Shown: piece by piece, positions 19,497-29,504 of the stretch
Position numbering within the stretch: position 1 is the stretch's first letter
How the letters are laid out: every line of letters begins with the position of its first letter
DNA from: a virus
Taxonomy: Duplodnaviria > Caudoviricetes
Virus record (IMG/VR): IMGVR_UViG_3300003267_000247
Span: 1 to 55,330 of that record
DNA length: 55,330 nucleotides
Direction: 5' to 3' (one strand)
Position numbers and translations under genes: made by a program
Notes under the pieces: generated by a model
Told to the model about the DNA's origin: nothing
The model's input: only the letters and a program-made list of their open reading frames with translations
The model's database searches: none

Positions 19497-21001
19497 TATC
19501 GTAAATACTCAGAGAAGAATGATACTTCTCTACCTAAAATCCAGTAATTTGATCCCACGTACAAACCAGGGAACTCATCAAAGTAACCTTCATGTACTTC
19601 CACTTTATCACTACTAATCAACTCTTTCTCGTTTGCAAATTCATATGGATGTCTGTTTGTAGGATCTTCTGCAAGGCTTGCTGTAAGCGAATAACCGCCC
19701 CATGCTATTTTTACACTCTTCCCTGCTACAACATAGCGCTCACCAATGCGTTGATTACGGGGCAAACTTTGCCACTCTAAGCTGCTGTTCTGATGATCAT
19801 CAACACCAACTTTCTTTCTAAACATGCGGGCGCGATTGAATAAATGTGAGTTATTATTTATTCGATTATATGCAGCGGTTGTTGCGCTGCCGATCGTGTT
19901 AAGGCGTGATTTCAATGTACTATATGTCATTGATTCGCGCACGCCAAATTCTGTTGGTGTAGAAGAATATGATCGCGTTGCCGTAAGCGCGATTGTCTTG
20001 ATTGTAAAACGACTATTAATGATCGCGCCGCCATATAAGTCCAACTCCGCTTGCCCTTGCCCTGCTACAACGTCTTCAATAATCTCAACACGATAGTTTA
20101 CGTTATCACTTAATGCAGAAAGATCGATCGATGCGCTGATTGATCCCGATGTGTTATTTGTTAGCACCGCACTCGTATATTTCAGTGTACCACCAACATA
20201 AATCTTGATCGTTTCTTGTGCATTGTAAATATGATAATCGATATTAACAATAAGGGTATTTTGCCCATTACCCTTGTTGATCCAACTATAATGTAATGGC
20301 CGTGGGTTATTTGGAAACCACAAATCAGACTTATGCGTACCATTAACATACATACCAGTAATAAATGGCACACGTGGTACAAGTGCTAGACGTGTCATGA
20401 TGTAATCTTGTGCATCTGATAGCTGATTTAAGTTTGCTGCTGTTACTGAACTACCCGCGCCGAATGATGGTACACCAGGCCATGTTGGTAAACCAGTAAG
20501 CGACGTAAGACTTTGTGTATATGCGTTTTTTACTTGATACTGTCCTGTTTTTGGATATGATGGCCCAGGAAAGTATACTTCAACAATGGTTTCTACAATC
20601 TCACCATCTGTATAACCAGATAACGTTAATGATATTGTTGCACTTGACGGCCATGGTTGATCGTATACAAGCGTACCAGGGGAAGGATCAAGCAACTTCT
20701 TATGGTAAATGCGAATACGTTCATTAGTTGCAATAGTTGGCCCTGCTACTTCATATACTGCGGTATTGACACCTGATCGATATTGGAAAGCTCCCCACCA
20801 TGCGCGCGGCATAGCAAGTGTTACAGTATTACGCATCATGAAGTACTCCGACTCGGCATAAATACCTTCTACAAATGCAGTGATTGGTTGTTGTGTTACA
20901 CCGTCTAAGAAAATAGCATTTTTACGTAACGTATTTGCATCTGCGCCACTTAACTCTACGCCATCTACAAAGAAAGGTGCGTCCTCGTAGTTATTTATCA
21001 A
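19496..21001 (-). CDS. minor tail/baseplate protein
   Basis: Position in tail operon; VTAANLNQL motif common in tail proteins. Confidence 0.6.
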   Translation of the reverse strand: MINNYEDAPFFVDGVELSGADANTLRKNAIFLDGVTQQPITAFVEGIYAESEYFMMRNTVTLAMPRAWWGAFQYRSGVNTAVYEVAGPTIATNERIRIYHKKLLDPSPGTLVYDQPWPSSATISLTLSGYTDGEIVETIVEVYFPGPSYPKTGQYQVKNAYTQSLTSLTGLPTWPGVPSFGAGSSVTAANLNQLSDAQDYIMTRLALVPRVPFITGMYVNGTHKSDLWFPNNPRPLHYSWINKGNGQNTLIVNIDYHIYNAQETIKIYVGGTLKYTSAVLTNNTSGSISASIDLSALSDNVNYRVEIIEDVVAGQGQAELDLYGGAIINSRFTIKTIALTATRSYSSTPTEFGVRESMTYSTLKSRLNTIGSATTAAYNRINNNSHLFNRARMFRKKVGVDDHQNSSLEWQSLPRNQRIGERYVVAGKSVKIAWGGYSLTASLAEDPTNRHPYEFANEKELISSDKVEVHEGYFDEFPGLYVGSNYWILGREVSFFSEYLR

Positions 21002-22518
21002 TATGATACCTCTTTTGTTGTACTATCTGAATATGAGCTACCAACAACAAATACCGTGTCGCGTGTCGGCAATCCAGAAATAGGAGCAAGCATAACTTGC
21101 ATTGTTTCACCGTTACTATAATCAAGGCCGATTATTCTATGTCGTGCAGATGACAAACCCCATTCTGCGAATGTAAGTTCAACAACTTCACCAAGATAAC
21201 GATCAGGGTCATAACCCACATTATTCAATGTAATGATAGCACGGTTTGTATGGTAGAAGTCGAAATACATACGCACTAAACGATACGCCTGTGCGAAGCT
21301 TTGTACATAAACATTATCTTCTAACATCAACTCCGCACCAGATCCACCATTTGTATAGGTAGCAACACTCTCTGATCCCGCTGTTACTGGTCTACCGTGG
21401 ATTGTAATCTTGTTAATCGATATTGGTTCGCCGGTTGAGTTTGTAAATGTTAGATCAAGTAACTGCGCTGCTTTATCGTTGATTGCTACTGTAAAGTTTG
21501 CATTTTGTGTAGCATCGCGTCCGTCTAGGAAAGTTGCTTTAATCGCAGCACCGCTTGCAATAAGCCGCGCGGGATTCATGTATGACGCATATGAATACAC
21601 AGGATATTGCATTTCTAGCGGCACGTTTGTTGCGCCTGCCGGTAGCAACTGCGGTGTTGTACTCGTATATACTTCTTGCATTGGCTGTACAACACGTTCA
21701 ACAAATGATGCTTTTACAGTATCAAGCTGCTCTACAGTACTTGCTTCCTCGGTTATGCTTTCAAAATCACTTTGATCGTATGCAAATAATGTAGCACCTG
21801 TTGGTACGTAGCCAAAACTAAGTGGCTGCTTGTAATAAATAACACCGTTGCGGTCTTGATAGAGTTGTCCACCGGCAGCACGTACAAGGCGTTGTGTTTC
21901 TTCCCATGCATCATCTCCGCTTACCCATGCCCATTTTGGTTTTACAATACTTGCATCAAACGAGTACCAAAACTTAAAGTTAGGATCACTAGAATATGCA
22001 GGCTGTTCGTACGGTCTACCACCAACTTCAAACATAATTTGATTCAGTATGCCAGGGCGTGATCCTACTACGGTTGCATCTTCTACGCTTGTTGATGTTG
22101 TTTTTGTTGCAATCGCGCGTCGGTATAATACGTCGGTATATATTTTCTTGCGCGCGATTAAATAGTTAAATCCTTCGCATTCATATTGATACCAACGATC
22201 TTGTCGTTGACGTTTAATAATAACGCCCTCGAATGCTGTTATTTTATCTGATGTGTCAAAACCGAATTTGATTCGTATTTTAGCTGTTTGCCAGTTTGAT
22301 AAAACAAAAGCATCCGTTATCTCTACAACAGCACTTGCAGTAGCAACAGTGCCAAATGCAAACGCATTATCTTGATTTTGTGTTGTTTGCAGTTTGGCAC
22401 TGATTGCTTTTACTTCTGCCTGTGTTACGGTTGTATAGCCACTGCCTGAGTCTACTTCTACTGAAAAAGTTGGCAAAGCAAGAGATGCCTCAATCTGCGG
22501 TCTAGTTGGAGGAGTCAT
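20998..22518 (-). CDS. baseplate hub / Tal-like tail protein
   Basis: Second gene after tape measure; FEGVI, GGQLYQDRNGVIYY, YLGEVVEL hub-like motifs. Confidence 0.65.
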   Translation of the reverse strand: MTPPTRPQIEASLALPTFSVEVDSGSGYTTVTQAEVKAISAKLQTTQNQDNAFAFGTVATASAVVEITDAFVLSNWQTAKIRIKFGFDTSDKITAFEGVIIKRQRQDRWYQYECEGFNYLIARKKIYTDVLYRRAIATKTTSTSVEDATVVGSRPGILNQIMFEVGGRPYEQPAYSSDPNFKFWYSFDASIVKPKWAWVSGDDAWEETQRLVRAAGGQLYQDRNGVIYYKQPLSFGYVPTGATLFAYDQSDFESITEEASTVEQLDTVKASFVERVVQPMQEVYTSTTPQLLPAGATNVPLEMQYPVYSYASYMNPARLIASGAAIKATFLDGRDATQNANFTVAINDKAAQLLDLTFTNSTGEPISINKITIHGRPVTAGSESVATYTNGGSGAELMLEDNVYVQSFAQAYRLVRMYFDFYHTNRAIITLNNVGYDPDRYLGEVVELTFAEWGLSSARHRIIGLDYSNGETMQVMLAPISGLPTRDTVFVVGSSYSDSTTKEVSY

Positions 22519-22519
22519 G

Positions 22520-22876
22520 CTATACCTCTTCTATCGTAAGGGTTATATCAAAATACATTGTACCGTTACGGCTGATTCTGTCAGCCGCTAGATTTTCTGT
22601 CTTTGTTGTTGTTACAACCGTATAGTTCGTATTATTAACATCATTGAACGTTTGTGAACTTGTTGTACGGTACGCAGTACGAATACTTGTTACATCAGCG
22701 CTTGTTTCCGGCACACTTGTCCATGTCAGTGTCCATTTCTTTTTAAAGCCCCTATGATACATACGTAACGTACCGTCTAACATGCGCAACGGGCCTAACG
22801 CGACACGTACATCCTCTTCATCAATCGAAGTAGGGTACATGGTTAATCCCGCGAGAATGATTCTTTTTTGTGTCAT
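22520..22876 (-). CDS. distal-tail-like protein
   Basis: Directly after tape measure; RMLDGTLR..KKKWTLTW..ITLTIEEV pattern. Confidence 0.6.
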   Translation of the reverse strand: MTQKRIILAGLTMYPTSIDEEDVRVALGPLRMLDGTLRMYHRGFKKKWTLTWTSVPETSADVTSIRTAYRTTSSQTFNDVNNTNYTVVTTTKTENLAADRISRNGTMYFDITLTIEEV

Positions 22877-25800
22877 TATGGTTTAATCGCTGTACGGTTG
22901 CTACTTGCGACAGCAGAGCGAACCGAATCAAGTTTTGATCCAAGCATAGCGGCAGTTGATCCTATTTGCGCAGCTACGCCATCTAACTTACCCTCTAAGC
23001 GTGACGTTTGATTGCCAATAGCGTCAATAACACCTTGATCGCGTACAGTAAACAAATCAAGTTGCTTTACTGTTAGTACGTCTGGTGCTTGCACTGGTAG
23101 TGGCGTGTCTGCTTTTACAGGAATAGAATCCGGCGCGGTAATCGCTGCCGGTTGCGCATTCGTACCTTGTGTTTGAGCTGCTGCCGGATTGGTCGTTGAC
23201 GGTGCTAGCGGCGATGTAGGTACCTGTCCACCGTTTTTTGCTGCAATCTTATCATACAATAGTACCTGATCAGCAAGTGCTTTATTTTCAGCATCTACAA
23301 CAATCTTGTGCCGCTCTGCGTTCTTTACCTTTGCATCACCGGCGCGATCAGCAGCAGTAGCAATCTTATCAGCTTGTTCTTCGTATGCTTGATTTTCGTC
23401 AGCTAAACGCTTATTAAGCTCGTTTTGAATCGCATCTCCACCGTTTAGTAACTGTTGTTCCTCTTCTCGTTGTGCATCAGCAAGTAGTCTTTTTCGTTCT
23501 TCTAAGTTTGCAAGCTGTGCTTGTTTTTCACCTTTGCTTGTTTCTTTGTCACTTTTAATACTTTGTTCTTCTGCTGCTAGATCTTGAAGTTCTTTTAGGT
23601 GACTTTGTTTCAATGCAAGAAACTCTTGTGCTAACTTCGCGCGGCCAGATTGTGCAATGCGTTGCGCTTCTGCAAAGGCTTCTTCGTATGCTGCTGCAAA
23701 CTTTTGCTTATCAACAGGTGTAAGATCAGATTTATTTAAATCACTATAGAAATCAAATCGTGATCTACGTTTTGATTTTTCGTTTTCATTTTGCTGTTCT
23801 AGCTGTTTGCGTCCAAACTCGGTTACAATGTCAAGTAGCTTTTGTTGATGACTTTTCTCTAGGTCTTCTGCTTTTGCACTAAACTTATCTTGCTGTGCAA
23901 GTAGCTGTGCATTTATTTTTTCGTTAGCGGTAAGTTTGGGTGATGTACCACGCTTGTTACGCTTCTTTTCCAATGCTTCTTCTGCGCGATCTATTTCTGT
24001 TTGCTTACGTATATATTCTGCTGTGCCTGGGTTTAACTTACCAAGTTCATCTTTCAGTAAGCGTATTTTTCCAGCGGCATCTGCTGCTTGAAACTTTTGA
24101 TCGCGTAATGCATCATTAAGATCATCTACTGCTTTCTGTCCTTGACGAAACGCGTTAAGATCAACTGCTCTACCTGCCAATGCATTAACAGCAACAAAGT
24201 TCGATTCTGTTGCATTAGTTGCTGCTGAAAGATTTTGTGCAATCTTTAGATCGCGTAACTGCTCAATAAGTGCTGCTGCTGCGCTTTCTGCAATACCGAA
24301 TTGAGATGCCATTGCACTAGCAGCATTACCACTTGCGCCCATTCCTGTAGCAGCAAGCAATGCTGCTTGATAGATTTCTTCTTGTCGTGCTTTTAGTTGT
24401 GCTGATGCTGTTTCAGCGTTAATCGCTTCTACGGCGCTTGCTGATAACGCATCGGTTTCTTGTAAAATACCTGCGGCGGCGCGCTCATGTGCATCTGATC
24501 CATCTAATGCACCAACGTTTGCTTGTCTCGTTGCTTCAAGGTATGCATTTAAACGTGCTGTTGCCTCTGGTACACTTTCTGAACCGCTTACAATCGCTTC
24601 AAAAAATGCATCTGCAATACTTGCACTTTCGCCACCGCGCTGTTGTGCGAGTAACATAGAAGCTGAAAAGCTATCAAACTGTGCTTTTGTACCTTGTATT
24701 GTACTACCACTACGCGCCCATGCGCGTTCTAGCTCTTGTGCTGCTCCTGACGTATCGCGCATGGCGGTTGCGATTGTTTGGATACTTGCACCGCCCTGTT
24801 GTAATTTGGTAAGAAACTCAAACTGTCCCTGCGTTACTTGATCAAACTTCAATCCGGCAGCAGTTGACAAGGATAGTGTATCAGCTAACTTCTGTGCGCC
24901 TGGGATAAGTGCAAGAATACCAATGTTAACACCTTGAAACGATTCGGTAATGATATTATTTGCAGCAACAACACGCTGGTTAAAGTCTTCTGCGGATGCA
25001 CTTGCCGTAAGGAAAGATTTTTCAACGTCAAGTTTCTTATCACCACCTTTTGCAAACTGCTCTAGCCCTTGTGCAACATTTGTAAGTACAGTTGTTAACT
25101 TTACCGCAGCAGGTTCTAGCGCTTGTCCTAGTAGTTGACCAACCGTTGCTAGTGCATCTTTCGCAGCACCGCCAAGTTTTTCGTACTGAACGGCGGTTGT
25201 ATTTGCTTGTTCAGCTAGTAAGCTTTGCGAAATGCCAAATTCTTCTAGTACTGCCTGTAATCGCTGAAAAGCAGCAGGAGCATCGTTTTGTGCAAGTTCT
25301 TTTAGCTCGTTTAGCCGATCGCGCGGAATCTCGAAACGTCGTGCAAGTGATGTAATATCCAAATGTTATCGCTATGGCTTTTTATCCATAACTTCTATAT
25401 CTTTTATTTGATATAGGTCGGCGTACATTTTCACCTTGTGGTGTCTGCCTCTCTTGGGCTTTGTATTATATTCTTCTTTCTTTACGATATTTCCAAATAT
25501 ATTTATAGTTAGTATTGAACTCTTTAGCAATCTGACTATTGCTATAACCAAGATATATCAACTCTACAACCCTATCATAGTTTATTTTAGATGATCGTTG
25601 TTTTGTTATTGGTTTTCTTCGCGGTATATTATTACGCTCTAGTGCCTTTACAATACCGCCTATACTCATATTCATTGTTAAAGATATGTCTTTGACACGA
25701 ACATTATCTTGATACATTTCAATGATTTGTTTTTCTTGCTCTACAGATAAACGAGTATCTTTAACGCCATCTAAACGCCCTTTTCTGATATTATAACCAA

Positions 25801-27065
25801 AAGGCGTTATTGTATTATACTCGTTTATGTATTGTTCTTCTAATGTATCAAGCTCTTCTTGAGTCTCAATATCTGTTTTTACAATGTCTATTGTAAAGTT
25901 TTCAATACCATATCTATGAATAGCTTTTGCTAATAGTGGGCTACCTTTACCTTGCGATTGAACTTGTACTCTTCGCTTAATATATTTTGTTTGCCCAATA
26001 TATTGCTTACCATTCAGTATGTTTGTAAATAAGTAAATAGTTCCTATCACTATCGTATCTCCTATAAAAACTAAAATGTCTCCTGTATATTATACGATAC
26101 TATAGTAACAAAAGTTTCAACAGCCTACGCTCTACGCGGGTGAACATTTTTTAGATATACACTTCGCACGGTGTTAGCATCTCAGCTTTCACCGTTTTAG
26201 GCAGATTCGGTTTTCTTTTTGATAACGGAGTAGAACCCTGTGGCAATACTACACTACAACCACTGAAGAACTCCTTCAAAGCGATACTAGCACCTTTGAA
26301 ACCTTGTGCAGGATCTACAACAGCTAATGCGCGTGCGGTGTTTGCAAGGTTATTAATATCAATACCAGTACGCTTTGCTAAGTTTGCAAAACCTGAAAGT
26401 CCTTCAATGTTCTCTTGTAAGCTGCCACCAAAACGATCTTGTTGCGCCCTTGCTGCTGCTAGATTTTTTTGATACGCAGCAGTGTCACCTGATAGTGCTC
26501 TAAAGCTTGCTTCTGCTTTTTCAAGATCATTACCGGCTGAAATAGCAGCACTAAATGCGGTAGCAGCTTGCGTTACTGCAAAGTATGCACCAATAAGTTG
26601 CTGAAAGCCGCCAGCAAAGTTAGTTACAGCACTTAGGTTTTTTTGATATGCTGCTGCTTCCTCTTTTGCAACCTGTGCGGCTTGTTTTGCAGCAGCGGCT
26701 TGTTGTTTTGCTGCCTGCTCTGCTGCTTGTGCTTGTCGATTTAATGTACCCTGTAACTGATTTAGTACGTTATTTGCAGCGGTTGTGTTTGGTGTTAGCT
26801 CTTGAATAGCTGCTGCAAGTCGCTGTACTGCTACACCTGATTGACCAGAAGATTCAGCAAATCGCGCCTGTGACTGAGCATACGATGCAATCGCTGATTC
26901 ATTGCGTTTCTGGCTATCTGTAAGCGATGCAATGGTCGTGTCAAAGTTTTTGGCTGTGGTAGCGCCGCGTTGCATCTGTGTTTCTACTTTATTAAGCAGT
27001 TCTGTTAGATTAACGTCGCGCCCTTCTAAAGTAACAACAAGTGTACCTGCGTTTACTGTTGCCAT
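22876..27065 (-). CDS. tape measure protein, split by a group I intron: exon1 27065..26259, exon2 25359..22876; 1096 aa spliced
   Basis: Ala/Gln-rich helical protein after the tail chaperones; junction reads KEFFSG|DITSLARRF in frame. Confidence 0.88.
25360..26258 (-). mobile_element. group I intron (899 nt, IA-like: insertion between P7 and P3') in the tape measure gene
   Basis: IGS UGUAGUAUU-GCCAC pairs with GUGGU|GAUAUUACA; P3 UCUGCCU/AGGCAGA; P4 ACGGUG/CACCGU; P7 GCGUA/UACGC; P9 hairpins; terminal G. Confidence 0.92.
25466..26050 (-). CDS. intron-encoded GIY-YIG homing endonuclease with C-terminal HTH repeats
   Basis: GTIYLFTNILNGKQYIGQT, EEQYI, GYNI motifs; GTG start with AGGAG SD. Confidence 0.92.
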   Translation of the reverse strand: MIGTIYLFTNILNGKQYIGQTKYIKRRVQVQSQGKGSPLLAKAIHRYGIENFTIDIVKTDIETQEELDTLEEQYINEYNTITPFGYNIRKGRLDGVKDTRLSVEQEKQIIEMYQDNVRVKDISLTMNMSIGGIVKALERNNIPRRKPITKQRSSKINYDRVVELIYLGYSNSQIAKEFNTNYKYIWKYRKERRI

Positions 27066-27075
27066 GTATATTCAC

Positions 27076-27381
27076 CTAATTAAGCTGTGAAAGCTTACGT
27101 AATAGTTCGTCTTGTCTTTTTTGTTCCTTTTCTTTATATTCCTTAATCTTTCGATTGTTTGATCCGCGCATGGCACGTGTACGCAAGATTAACTCTTCTC
27201 GCATATCGATCATGCTCATATTAGCATAATCGCGTATTTTCTTTGTGCCGTCTTGAATAAGATGCCCGTAAAGATTTACCACAAATATCATATATTCACG
27301 CATAAGTACTTCCCGCGTACGGTTTCGTACAAGCTCTAGCTGATACGTATACGGAATATAGTTGTTATATCTGTGTTTCAT
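27076..27381 (-). CDS. hypothetical protein (position of second tail assembly chaperone)
   Basis: Between chaperone and tape measure. Confidence 0.55.
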   Translation of the reverse strand: MKHRYNNYIPYTYQLELVRNRTREVLMREYMIFVVNLYGHLIQDGTKKIRDYANMSMIDMREELILRTRAMRGSNNRKIKEYKEKEQKRQDELLRKLSQLN

Positions 27382-27808
27382 CTAAGTCTTTAAATTCATT
27401 GTTTGCTATTTGATTTGCTTTCTTACTTTCTTCTACAAACTCATTCCAAACTTTTCGACTAATGCGCCCAAACTCCCAAACTTGATCGGCTAAAGCTTTT
27501 ACGTACTCACCATTTGATTCCGCGAGCCTACGTGCCTGTTCTATTTTAAACTTAGGACGAACAACACCTTCAACGATTGTCCAGTATGTCCATTCATCTA
27601 GCTTCAAGTTGCCTGTTTCTGGATCGGTTGCCATTTTATTAATACGATCCATTTGTCCAAAAGTAAGCGCGCGTATTCTAAACTTTCGTTCCCATCCAAC
27701 TATGCGGATGTCTGTTTCAACAATGTCTTCTGCGTTAATAACATCGTCTGGACTATCAAAATAATCTGTATCTTTGTCTGGTAGCAGATCAACAAGTGCA
27801 TTTGCCAT
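27365..27808 (-). CDS. tail assembly chaperone
   Basis: Follows major tail protein; WERKFRIRALT..IVEGVVRP pattern. Confidence 0.7.
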   Translation of the reverse strand: MANALVDLLPDKDTDYFDSPDDVINAEDIVETDIRIVGWERKFRIRALTFGQMDRINKMATDPETGNLKLDEWTYWTIVEGVVRPKFKIEQARRLAESNGEYVKALADQVWEFGRISRKVWNEFVEESKKANQIANNEFKDLDETQI

Positions 27809-27827
27809 ATAAGTTCCTTTTTACATT

Positions 27828-27868
27828 AAAAAAAAATACCCCTTCACGTGATAACGCAAAGGGGTATT
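27828..27868 (-). terminator. intrinsic terminator after the major tail gene
   Basis: AATACCCCTT/AAGGGGTATT stem plus U-run. Confidence 0.8.
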
Positions 27869-27875
27869 AAGATTA

Positions 27876-28271
27876 CTAAGCTACTGTAAAGCTACCGCTT
27901 GATGAGAAGTCAAACGATACCGTTACCGATTCAGCAGCGTCTTGCTTCATGCTAAACGTACTGATTGTACCTGATGGTACAGTAATCGTGTAACCGTTAG
28001 TTGTTACGAGTACGATATTAATGCTGCTACTATTCAATGCACCCGACAATAGAATAGTTTGCCCCGCATCTTTACCGATTGGGATTGTTGCTTCTAGTTT
28101 ACCAGCAAGTTTACGTGATGTAGTATACGTATAAAGTACACCACCGTCGCCAATGAACGGGCCTACGGTTTTCTCTTCGGTTTCTAGATTCACTTCCCAA
28201 TTATTTACAAAGCCTGCCGCTGTACCTTGTACAGTAATAGTGCCATCGTAACCTTTAATTGGTTGTGCCAT
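27876..28271 (-). CDS. major tail (tube) protein
   Basis: IKGYDGTITV..NWEVNLE..VSFDFSSSG tube-protein pattern; synteny. Confidence 0.78.
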   Translation of the reverse strand: MAQPIKGYDGTITVQGTAAGFVNNWEVNLETEEKTVGPFIGDGGVLYTYTTSRKLAGKLEATIPIGKDAGQTILLSGALNSSSINIVLVTTNGYTITVPSGTISTFSMKQDAAESVTVSFDFSSSGSFTVA

Positions 28272-28682
28272 TTATCTGCCTCTTTTTAGTTTTTTAAGTG
28301 TAGCGATGTATTGATTAATCAGCGTACGATCAAGCTGTTGATAGTTTGGAATCGTATAAAATGAAAGTGCTGTATCAATTTGATCTCTTTTGACAATGGT
28401 ATACGGTTGTATCCATTGTAGAAATCTATATGCTATGTCATTATGTGCTTTCCAAGAAAAGGTATCTACCCATAAAACATTTTTTGCCGATGCTTTATTA
28501 TTTTCTATACGCCCGCCAAACTTATTTAACGGGTACATTAATGCGGGTTGAAACACACTTATTAGTTTTATGACCAATGTTGGCTGTTTTTGCACATTAT
28601 ATACAATAGCAACGCTACCTTCGCCATCAAAGAGTCCAGCATAATATACTGGCGCGAGTATTGCGTTATTCAAAAAGTCCAT
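28272..28682 (-). CDS. free-standing single-motif LAGLIDADG endonuclease (start ATG 28682)
   Basis: YYAGLFDGEGSV motif, IQPYTIVKRDQ; GAGG SD; neighbours intact. Confidence 0.88.
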   Translation of the reverse strand: MDFLNNAILAPVYYAGLFDGEGSVAIVYNVQKQPTLVIKLISVFQPALMYPLNKFGGRIENNKASAKNVLWVDTFSWKAHNDIAYRFLQWIQPYTIVKRDQIDTALSFYTIPNYQQLDRTLINQYIATLKKLKRGR

Positions 28683-28692
28683 GAAATGTCCT

Positions 28693-29115
28693 CTAATTCT
28701 TATAAACAGAAAAAGAAACAATCAAGGCAGCGGTGTACAGTGTCCCGTATTCTGTTGTTTTTTCTATTGGGAACGGTTGTGGATGATCAGGAATCGCACG
28801 AATGGTATAACCTGCTACACCGCTAGCAGTTAACCCTTGTAATCGATCAGTTAGTAGTACTATATTATCCCATGCTGTAGCAAGATTATTTGCAATGCTA
28901 CGAAATGTGATAAGCCCCGACCATCCGTTTTGATCTATAAAATCAGCGCGTTTGCCGCCGTTATCTTGTGATTGATATACACCAAGTGGTAGTGTTGGTG
29001 TAGCAGGAGCAACGAACGCATATAATCGACCATCAAACACATCTGCAAGGTAATCTTCAAATGCAGCCATGAGTACAGGAAATACATGCGCTTGAAAACT
29101 ATTATCGTATGTCAT
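28693..29115 (-). CDS. tail terminator / tail completion protein
   Basis: GRLYAFVAP..PLGVYQ pattern of DUF3168-like proteins; synteny. Confidence 0.65.
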   Translation of the reverse strand: MTYDNSFQAHVFPVLMAAFEDYLADVFDGRLYAFVAPATPTLPLGVYQSQDNGGKRADFIDQNGWSGLITFRSIANNLATAWDNIVLLTDRLQGLTASGVAGYTIRAIPDHPQPFPIEKTTEYGTLYTAALIVSFSVYKN

Positions 29116-29504
29116 TATGCTACCGATAGCGTGACTTGTGGCATAGCCGTTATTTTACCAACTTCCGGCGTACTGATTGTTGTATCATCGCTTAGTTTTA
29201 CTTGAATATCATATTGATACTCACTAAGTGGATAGAGTTTTTCAGTATCACTACCGTTAAGCATAAAAATAACGTGCCCTGTACCATCGCCCCCTGTATC
29301 ATCTATATGTCCAACACCGGCTACTGCTGCCGATGTGATTTTCTTTTGAAAGATTGCAGCGGCATCTGCGTCTCTAAAGTCTCGCTTTACCGTTAACCAT
29401 GCCGTTGTCATAACAGTGCCCGATGGTATCTGTGTAATCGTACGCTCGACTAATAATGTATCGCCTGCTGCAAAATCTGTGATTGTGCCAACAAATGTTG
29501 CCAT
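29115..29504 (-). CDS. BppU-N-like virion structural protein
   Basis: AGDT..WLTVKR..GHVIFMLNGSDT..YQYDIQV..GKITAMPQVT pattern. Confidence 0.6.
   Translation of the reverse strand: MATFVGTITDFAAGDTLLVERTITQIPSGTVMTTAWLTVKRDFRDADAAAIFQKKITSAAVAGVGHIDDTGGDGTGHVIFMLNGSDTEKLYPLSEYQYDIQVKLSDDTTISTPEVGKITAMPQVTLSVA

Noticed and set aside
27365-27410. Programmed frameshift joining the two tail chaperone ORFs (TTTAAAG near the end of the first)
   Set aside because: TTT AAA G is not in the X XXY YYZ register, the second ORF is in the +1 frame, and that frame has a TAG just before its ATG
28272-28682. Third group I intron around the LAGLIDADG ORF
   Set aside because: Flanking genes are complete and abut the ORF, leaving no room for a ribozyme core
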